In this document: piece by piece, positions 53,790 to 64,000 of the stretch | How the letters are laid out: each line of letters begins with the position of its first letter | Position numbering within the stretch: position 1 is the stretch's first letter | Assembly (NCBI GenBank): GCA_964016885.1 | Contig: OZ024741.1 | Coordinates: 120,342,001-120,406,000, forward strand | Length of the DNA stretch: 64,000 nucleotides | Origin: Eledone cirrhosa | Lineage: Eukaryota | Reading direction: 5' to 3' | Notes under the pieces: generated by a model | The model's input: the letters and a program-made list of their open reading frames with translations, nothing else | The model's database searches: none | What the model was told of the DNA's origin: nothing | Made by a program: the position numbers and the translations under genes

Positions 53790-54300
53790 AGTTAGATAGA
53801 GAGGGGGATGAATGAGAGACAGAGTAAGTGACTCAGTGAAAGAAAGAGATAGGGAGAGAAGGAGAGGGGGGGTGAGAGAGTGAATGGGAGAGAGAGACTG
53901 AGTGAGTGAGTGAGAGAGAGAGAGTGAATGAGGGAGTGAGTGTGTGAGTGAGAGAGTGAATGAGGGAGTGAGTGAGTGTAAGAGAGTGAGTGAGTGTGAG
54001 CAAGTGTGTGGGTGAGTGCGTAAGCGAGAGTGTGTGAGTGAGAGAGAGTGTGTGAGAGAGTGGGTGAGAGAGGGCCTGAGTGAGTGAGAGATTGAATGAG
54101 TGAATGAGTGGGTGTGAGCAAGTGAGTGGGTGAGTGAGAATGAGTGAGTGAGTGAGTGAGTGAGTGAGTGAGTGAGTGAGTGAGTGAGTGAGTGAGTGAG
54201 TGGATGACAGTGAATGAGTGAGAGAGTGAATGAGTGAGTGTGTGAGAGAGAGAATGAGGGAATGAGTGAGTGGGTGAAAGAGATAGAGTGAGAGAGAGCA
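53790..54300. repeat. (GAGT)n/(GA)n-rich tract
   Basis: Degenerate GAGT tetranucleotide runs. Confidence 0.9.
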
Positions 54301-54684
54301 TGTCAAAGCATGTTATTAAAAAGTCCTTAGCTTGACTAGAGTTATCTCCCATACCCAATTTGCCAGTCGTCTATGACAACGTCACAGGTGCCATTTATAA
54401 ACAACTTGGGTTGTTTTATATGAAATTAATCGGTAAGCAATCACTTCTATCATAGATTATTGTAATGTTGTTTTTATGTATTTTCTATATTGTATTTGTT
54501 GGTTTTATTGTTATTGACATTTTTTTGTTAATTTGCTTTTTATTTTGTTTGTTTAGATTTATTTAGATTTATATACCCGAATTATTTTTTTTTTAATTAT
54601 TTTAATCGTTTGGGGTTTTTCAGTCATTGGACTGCGGCCATGATCGAACACCGTCTTCAAGGAATTTTAGTCGATCATATCGAT

Positions 54685-55465
54685 CGTGGTGGAGTTAGTG
54701 GTGGTGCTGCTGCTGGTGGTGATTGTAGAGTTGTGGTGGTGGTGGTAGTTATGGTGGTGATGGTAGTGCTGGTGGAGCTGGAGCTGATGCTGGTGGTGGT
54801 GCTGGTGGTGGTGGTGGTGCTGGTGGTGGTGCTGGTGGTGATTGTGGTGGTGTTGGTTCTTGTTGGTGCTGGTGGTGATGGTAGAGTTGTGGTGGTGGTG
54901 GTGGTAGTTATGGTGGTGATGGTAGTGCTGGTGGAGCTGGTGCTGATGCTGGTGGTGGTGCTGGTGGTGGTGGTGGAGCTGGTGCTGATGCTGGTGGTGG
55001 TGCTGGTGCTGGTGGTGGTGCTGGTGGTGGTGCTGGTGGTGATTGTGGTGGTGTTGGTTCTTGTTGGTGCTGGTGGTGATGGTAGAGTTGTGGTGGTGGT
55101 GGTAGTTATGGTGGTGACGGTGGTGCTGGTGGAGCTGGTGGTAGTGGTGGTGCTGCTGCTGCTGCGGGTGGTGGTGGAACTGATGCTGATGCTGCTGATG
55201 ATGCTGATGCTGCTGCTGCTGGGGCTGGTGCCGATGATGTTGGTAGTGGTGATGCTGGTGGTGGTGCTGGTGGTACTGGTGGTGATTGTGATGGTGTTGG
55301 TGCTGGTGGTGCTGGTGGTGCTGGTGGTAGTGCTGGTGCTTGTTGGTGCTGGTGGTAGTGGTGGTGCTGCTGCTGCTGGTGCTGCGGGTGGTAGTGGAGC
55401 TGATGCTGATGTTGCTGCTGCTGCTGCTGCTGGTGGTGGTACTGATGGTGGTGGTGGTGGTTGTG
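54685..55465. repeat. GGT/GCT triplet satellite with internal ~160-200 bp duplications
   Basis: Repeated ggtagagttgtggtggtgg...ttggttcttgttggtgct blocks. Confidence 0.9.
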
Positions 55466-55854
55466 ACTTGTGTAGTGTGAAACAAGATGTGCTCAGTACA
55501 ACAGTGACAATAGTGAAGGCGGCGCCTGGTTCAATGGTTAGTTAGTGTGATCAAGGTCACTATCGTAAGTTCATAAGTTCGATATCTGGTGGCGTGTTGT
55601 GTCATTGAGCAAGAAACTTAATTTCACATTGCTCCAGTTCACTCAGCTGGAGAAAAGAAATGAGGTGTACCTGTAATTCAATGGGGAAGAGTTGTCAAAC
55701 ACATCACGCTGAATCTTCTTGTGAACTACGTTATGGGTACACGTGCGTGTGGAAAGCTCAGCCACTTGCCCGTTAATTTCATGAGCAGGCTGTTCTGGGG
55801 TTCGAAAAACTGGGAACACTCATTGTCAGAACTGACCGAGCTCCAACTTATGTA

Positions 55855-58542
55855 CTCACACACACACTCACACACACTCACACACACTCACACACACTCA
55901 CACACACAGTCACACACTCACACACACACTCACACATACACTCACACACACACTCACACACACTCACACACACTCACACACACACTCACACACACTCACA
56001 CACACTCACACACACTCACACACACTCACACACACTCACACACACTCACACACACTCACGCACACTCACACACACACTCACACACACTCACGCACACTCA
56101 CACACACACTCACACACACTCACACACACTCACACACACACTCACACACACTCACACACACTCACACACACTCACACACACTCACACACACTCACACACA
56201 CTCACACACACTCACACACACACTCACACACACTCACACACACACTCACACACACTCACACACACTCACACACACGCTCACACACACACTCACACACACT
56301 CACACACACTCACACACACACCCACACACACTCACACACACTCACACACACACTCACACACACTCACACACACGCTCACACACACACTCACACACACTCA
56401 CACACACTCACACACACACTCACACACACACTCACACACACTCACACACACACTCACACACTCACACACACACTCACTCACACACACACTCACACACACT
56501 CACACACACTCACACACACACTCACACACACTCACACACACACTCACACACACTCACACACACTCACACACACTCACACACACTCACACACACTCACACA
56601 CACTCACACACACTCACACACACTCACACACACTCACGCACACTCACACACACACTCACACACACTCACGCACACTCACACACACACTCACACACACTCA
56701 CACACACACTCACACACACTCACACACACTCACACACACTCACACACACTCACACACACTCACACACACTCACACACACACTCACACACACTCACACACA
56801 CACTCACACACACTCACACACACTCACACACACGCTCACACACACACTCACACACACTCACACACACTCACACACACACTCACACACACTCACACACACT
56901 CACACACACACTCACACACACTCACACACACGCTCACACACACACTCACACACACTCACACACACTCACACACACACTCACACACACACTCACACACACA
57001 CTCACACACTCACACACACACTCACACACACACTCACACACACTCACACACACTCACACACACACTCACACACACTCACACACACACTCACACACACACT
57101 CACACACTCACACACACACTCACACACACACTCACACACACTCACACACACTCACACACACACTCACACACTCACACACACACTCACACACACACTCACA
57201 CACTCACACACACACTCACACACACACTCACACACTCACACACACACTCACACACACACTAACACACACACTCACACACTCACACACACACTCACACACA
57301 CACTCACACACTCACACACACACTCACACACTCACACACACTCACACACTCACACACACACTCACACACACACTCACACACACACTCACACACACTCACA
57401 CACACTCACACACACACTCACACACTCACACACACACTCACACACACACTCACACACACTCACACACACTCACACACACACTCACACACACACTCACACA
57501 CTCACACACACACTCACACACACTCACACACACACTCACACACTCACACACACACTCACACACTCACACACACACTCACACACACTCACACACACACTCA
57601 CACACTCACACACACACTCACACACACACTCACACACACTCACACACACTCACACACACTCACACACACTCACACACACACTCACACACACTCACACACA
57701 CTCACACACACTCACACACACACTCACACACTCACACACACACTCACACACACACTCACACACACTCACACACACTCACACACACACTCACACACTCACA
57801 CACACACTCACACACACACTCACACACACTCACACACACTCACACACACTCACACACACACTCACACACTCACACACACACTCACACACACACTCACACA
57901 CACTCACACACACTCACACACACTCACACACACACTCACACACTCACACACACACTCACACACACACTCACACACTCACACACACACTCACACACACACT
58001 CACACACTCACACACACACTCACACACACTCACACACACACTCACACACTCACACACACACTCACACACACACTCACACACACTCACACACACTCACACA
58101 CACTCACACACACTCACACACTCACACACACACTCACACACACTCACACACACACTCACACACTCACACACACACTCACACACTCACTCACACACACTCA
58201 CACACACTCACACACACTCACACACACACTCACACACTCACACACACACTCACACACACACTCACACACACTCACACACACTCACACACACACTCACACA
58301 CACTCACACACACTCACACACACACTCACACACTCACACACACACACACACTCACACACTCACACACACACTCACACACACTCACACACACTCACACACA
58401 CACTCACACACTCACACACACTCACATACACTCACACACACACTCACACACACTCACACACACACACACACACACTCACACACACTCACACACACTCACA
58501 CACACTCACACACACATTCACACACATTCACACATTCACACA
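55855..58542. repeat. ~2.7-kb (CA)n-CT satellite with variable 8/10/12-bp units
   Basis: ctcacacaca-type units throughout. Confidence 0.95.
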
Positions 58543-58606
58543 TAATGTCTACACACACATTCACGGTTTAGAGTAGATTTTTTCAGGTGTAGAAATTGAT
58601 ATTATT

Positions 58607-58849
58607 TGGTGGTGGTGGTGGTGGTGGTGCTGGTGGTGGTGGTGCTGGTGGTGGTGGTGGCGGTGGTGGTGGTGCTGGTGGTGGTGGTGGTGGTGGTGAT
58701 AGTGGTGGTTATGGTGGTTCTGGTGCTGGTGCTGGTGGTGTTGGTGCTGGTGGTAGTGGTGGTGGTGCTGGTGCTGGTGGTGGTGCTGGTGCTAGTGGTG
58801 GTGGTGCTGGTGGTGGTGGTGGTGGTGGTGGTGGCGGTGGTGGTGGTAG

Positions 58850-58880
<31 letters not shown>

Positions 58881-59720
58881 GGTGGTGCTGGTGGTGCTGG
58901 TGGTGCTGGTGGTAGTGGTGGTGGTGGTGCTGGTGGTGCAGGTGGTAGTGGTGGTGGTGCTGGTACTGATGCTGCTGCTGGTGGTGGTGGTGGTGGTGGT
59001 AGTGGTGGTGGTGGTGCTGGTGGTGCAGGTGGTAGTGGTGGTGGTGCTGGTACTGATGCTGCTGCTGGTGGTGGTGCTGGTGGTGCTGGTGGTGCTGGTG
59101 GTAGTGGTGGTGGTGGTGCTGGTGGTGCAGGTGGTAGTGGTGGTGGTGCTGGTACTGATGCTGCTGCTGGTGGTGGTGGTGGTGGTGGTGGTAGTGGTGG
59201 TGGTGCTGGTACTGGTACTGATGCTGGTGGTGGCGGTGGTGGTGCTGGTGGTAGTGGTGGTGGTGCTGGTGGTGCTGGTGCTGGTGGTGTTGGTGCTGGT
59301 GGTAGTGGTGGTGGTGGTGGTGGTGGTGCTGGTGCTGGTGGTGTTGGTGCTGGTGGTAGTGGTGGTGGTGCTGGTACTGATGGTGGTGGTGGTGGTGGTG
59401 GTGGTGGTGGTGGTGGTGGTGGTGGTGGTAGTGGTGGTGGTGGTGGTGGTGGTGGTGGTGGTGGTGGTGGTGGTGGTGGTTCTGGTGCTGGTGCTGGTGG
59501 TGTTGGTGCTGGTGGTAGTGGTGGTGGTGCTGGTACTGATGGTGGTGCTGGTGGTGGCGGTGGTGGTGGTGGTGGTGGTAGTGGTGGTGGTGGTGCTGGT
59601 GCTGGTGGTGTTGGTGCTGGTGTTGGTATTGCTGCTAGTGCTGGTGCTGCTGGTGCTGGTGGTGCTGGTGTTGGTGGTAGTGGTGCTGGTGCTGGTGCTG
59701 GTGGTGGGGCAGGGGCTGGT
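58607..59720. repeat. GGT/GCT triplet satellite
   Basis: Continuous ggt/gct/agt triplets with local duplications. Confidence 0.9.
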
Positions 59721-59884
59721 GCAGTATGCGATAACATGTACCTCACTACCTCGGTGCAACATAGTTCTTAATTAAGATGTTTACATTATATTCTTCCAGC
59801 TGTAAGTATTAATAATTATTAATACTTACTTATTAATTTGAATTATACTTCAAAGTTAGTTAGAACATCCGGAGGAAATTCTAC

Positions 59885-60610
59885 CTGAAATGGCTGATAC
59901 AGGTGACATAGCTCTCCTAAAAAACACCAGCAAAGAAATTGAGGAAGTGTTGAGGCTGCAACGCAGTGCACTGAACTCTTCCTCAATGCTGACAAAACAA
60001 AATTCATGCATCTCAATACTTTGTCAAATAAACAAATGCATGCGCTGGACGGTTCGAAGATTAAGGAGGTCAATGACTTCTTGTACCTTGGCAGTTTTAT
60101 GAGCACGATGTGGACAACAGGATAGACATAGCATGGAGGGGGAGGGCTCTCAACTCCCTATCAAATGTGAGGGTGCTTCCGATCAAGAAAACCATAAAAA
60201 TGAGGGTATTCAAAGTAACGGTTGAGTCCATTCTCTGTGGGTACGAGTCGTGGACTCTGACAAAAATAGTCACCAAGAGGATTAATGGCACTTGGATGCT
60301 GAGAAAGGTCCAGAACATATCCTGAAGAACACACGTAGCAAATAAATCACTCTACATCTCACACCTTTGCCTTTCTGACATCATAAGGTGTATGAGACTC
60401 GCATTAGTCGGACATGTGAAACATCACAGTGAACCTGCTGGCAGAGATCTTTTCTGGAAACCTGGTGCATGCAGACGAGTTGGGGGACCAACGACAACAT
60501 GGAAGGATGTTCTTGAAAATATGGAGATAGGGGAAATTGAAAAGGAAATGCTAAACAGAGTGAGCTGGCAGAGGAACTTCATCATGGCATTGGTAACAGA
60601 TTTATAGAAG
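59885..60610 (+). mobile_element. RTE-clade LINE 3-prime fragment
   Basis: ADTGDIALL, VNDFLYLGS, VESILCGYESWTLT and RLALVGH. Confidence 0.8.
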
Positions 60611-60613
60611 AGG

Positions 60614-60652
<39 letters not shown>

Positions 60653-60762
60653 GGAGGTGAGTTTTATTGTAGTACAATAAAGTAATGCAGATATCGGATA
60701 AGAAGCACTCTACAGTTTGTAGGACTGGAGTATACATAATATATAATATATATATTATATAT

Positions 60763-60827
<65 letters not shown>

Positions 60828-61933
60828 CATGATGATATATATACTGTATATACACTTGTATATAAGTCACACCTCTATTTTTGAATTGAGATTTTGTAAG
60901 TCCAGTAGACAAGTCTCATGCTGGTTTCACTTATTTTTGTGGAGAAAGGTGTGAAACATGCAGGAATGAGTATATATAGCAACATTACTTTGGCATAGAA
61001 TTTATTTGTAAAGCTTGAATAAAGAGAAACAATATACAGTAGTTGTGGTGGTGGAGAGTGTGAATTGTCTTCATTTCATTCCCAGCACTGCAGTCAAACT
61101 GTTTCACACCATTCTAGTTTATATCTAGCTGTTCTTGTTTAGCTCCAGATAAGCAATTGACCAGTTGACATAGAATCATTTTTACCTTGTATATATACAT
61201 GTCTGTGTGTGTGTGAAGTGTTCAGAGTTTGAAGACTGTTGAATGCATATTATTGATCAAATCGATTGACAAGACCCCAGACCTTATTCGCTTAATGAGG
61301 GTGAGGTGGGGTGGAACTCATCAAATCGGACCAAGGAAACAATGTTTCCATTGGTCTTTCCATTGCTGATACTATCTACCGGTTGCAACTCCTGGCAGAA
61401 AGAGGAATGTGAAATAAAATGACTTGTTCAAGGTCATAATGCATCACTTAGCCTGGGAATCAAACTCGCAACCTCACAATTGTGCATCTAATTCTCTAAC
61501 CACTAAGTCACGGGCCTTTAATGCATATTATGTTGCAGAGAAAATATGCCCTCTCTCTTCCAGAACATTATCAAGCTTCATCAAAGAGTTGTTTACCTCT
61601 CCAATTCGTCGTGGCACCGGTAACGGGTGTGTAGAAGAAGAAGAAGAAGAAGAAGAAGAAGAAGAAGAAGAAGAAGAAGAAGAAGAAGAAGAAGAAGAAG
61701 AAGAAGAAGAAGGAGGAGGGGGTGTTGTTGTTGTTGCTGCGGTAGTGGTGGTGGTGATTTCTTCTTCTAGCCAGATGAAGCAACTAAGCTGAAACTTCGA
61801 AGTCACTATCACTTTTCTACTTAGAAAATATATTTCTACACTCTACACACAAGTATTAAGTGCCCATTCCGTTTATATTTGTATCTTAAATACTACAGTA
61901 TTTCAAACATATTTTCTTATATATATATATATA

Positions 61934-62017
<84 letters not shown>

Positions 62018-62989
62018 CGCGTGTGTGCGCGCGCGCGCGTGTGTGCGCGCGTGTGTGCGCGCGTGTGTGCGCGCGTGTGTGCGCGCGTGTGTGCGCGCGT
62101 GTGTGCGTGCGTGTGTGCGTGCGTGTGCGTGCGTGTGTGTGTGCAAAAGGCAAACAGAAATACCAAAGCAAACGACACAGTACAGTGTAGAAATATATTA
62201 TTAGTTTTACGTTTGATATAGTAGGAAAAGAGTCTTAACTTAATAGTGGGTGTTGTTGACTTGTATTAGTTACATGTATATTTTGAAATACACCATTGCA
62301 ATATGTGTGGAAATCACATCAAACGGAGAAGTTTTTTTCTGATATTATTTTAGTGTAGAAAAAAATTAAATATCTCCTTGTACTGAAATACACACTAGCA
62401 TCCAAGGCCAACAAGTATGTATTTTAACCCTCTCGGCTAGCGTTACAACGTACACACGCTTCTCACAATTATGCGCCCCGTTTACCCATTAAAATAATTT
62501 TAACTTACAGTTTCGGAGCTGACAAGCCTAGATTTTGACAATATTTGCACTTGCCACACTAAGAAAATTACTAAGCCTGTATTTCCCACTATACATTTTA
62601 CATAACCCAACGTCAAATCTTGTGGCAAGTCAAAATGCGATAGGATGCTCTCCGCCGCTTAGGATATTTCCACAATACTGATACGCGGCAAAATGTTTTA
62701 GTGTCTTGTTTATTGATCGCAGAAAATTATTTTATACTTAATTCAAATTATAGGAATATGTATAAAACTACCATTACTGTTTCCGGTCACATTGCAGTGT
62801 TTTTAGTGGTCCTATTCGCACCAGTCATGAATTTTCTCAAACTCGCGAAGGCTAGGCATTTTTAGAGGTGGTCTTTACTCATCTCGTTGTAGCTACATCA
62901 CTGGGTTGTGAGGGTTTTCTTGAGAGCTAACAGTTTCACCTATTGCTCCATCTCCCTTAGTAATTTACTGGTGTTGGTCCGGGGTTGTT

Positions 62990-63260
62990 TATTCGTCCGG
63001 CAGTAGCCATCATATATGGTGACCGTTCTCTAGCAGGACAGCAAAACCGACAGGAGACCTAAGGGTATTCCCCGAGCAAGATGGTTGGATAACATCCATG
63101 AGCTCATCTTGTTTCGCTTTGGGGATCCAGCCGGATCAGTTGGAAACCTGATGCATGCAGACGAGTTGGGAGACAGACCAGAACACTGAAAGGTGTTCTT
63201 GAAAATGATACCGGGTTGGACAACAACAACAATAACAACAACAACAATAACAACAACAAA
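62990..63260 (+). mobile_element. Short RTE-type 3-prime end with (AAC)n tail
   Basis: RPKG.PRARWLDNIHEL remnant; similar to the reverse of 28400-28520. Confidence 0.6.
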
Positions 63261-63605
63261 CAACAACAACAACAAAAATTACGATCCCTTAACGTTCGGT
63301 AATGCACCTCTCAAAGGCGGCTGTCTAGTTGGTCTTCATAGTAGCGCCGCCATTTTCGCAGTAGCAGTCTATTCACTGATACGTTGAAACCCTGGGTTTG
63401 CGCTGTAGGAAAAGTAATGAATCTCTCACGCTACTACCAAAATTATAAACTGATAGGTCTCTTTATATCATATATATAGTTTGTGGTTGGCGCCTTTTTG
63501 GTGCAATTTTTCTTTCTAGTTTGGCTCGAATATGGTGTATTTTGTATGTGTGTTTGTGTACATATACATTTATTTTATATATATATATATATCCATATAT
63601 TTATA

Positions 63606-63651
<46 letters not shown>

Positions 63652-63720
63652 AGTGTGTGTGCGTGTGTACGTGTATGTGTGTATACATATGTGTGTATAC
63701 ATATGTGTGTATACATATAC

Positions 63721-63791
<71 letters not shown>

Positions 63792-64000
63792 GTCAGCAAC
63801 TCGATTTCAAGTAATGCCATCGCTTGATACTTAAGCATGACGGATGTGACTTTTTTTAGTCCTGCTAGGGACTTGCCTATGGCCAGCAATGTCATGCATC
63901 GCAAAAAATGTCACCTATCAAGCGATACCTGTGCTTGAAGTTTCTTTTTAAGTGAGGAAAGGCTTTGCACGGAGTCAATTACACTCTATGAACATCGAAT

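Noticed and set aside
54610-57262. His/Gln-rich and His-Thr ORFs (311, 272 and 513 aa)
   Set aside because: Translations of triplet and (CA)n-CT satellites.
58602-59775. Long Gly-, Thr-, Val- or Pro-rich ORFs resembling mucin or glycine-rich proteins
   Set aside because: Open in several frames on both strands only because GGT/GCT triplets lack stops; no flanking domain or splice evidence.

Overview
This is AT-rich, microsatellite-laden animal genomic DNA. The SINE families and repeat style suggest a coleoid cephalopod (octopus-like), which is an inference. Only two intact host genes are supported: a convergent pair of Methuselah/adhesion-type (class B2-like) GPCR paralogs with uninterrupted ORFs (23778-25709 +, 30758-32707 -). 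The rest is retroelement debris. It includes at least six Penelope-like element (PLE) coding remnants of three RT types, one of them a nearly complete Naiad-like copy with two pseudo-LTRs. It also includes CR1/L2-type, RTE-type and CRE-type LINE fragments, two tRNA-SINE families, small MITEs and long simple satellites. Three features stand out. (1) By eye there are about 20 minimal hammerhead-ribozyme (HHR) motifs, several inside fold-back palindromes or ~460-520 nt retrozyme-like monomers. (2) At least two PLE copies carry dense, strand-specific A-to-G hypermutation (41533-42072, and 13190-13455 where an unedited relative at 38440-38670 serves as a control). This looks like ADAR-hyper-edited RNA reverse-transcribed back into the genome. 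(3) In one copy the A-to-G changes hit the ribozyme cleavage site. All alignments and folds were done by eye, so coordinates of degraded elements are approximate.
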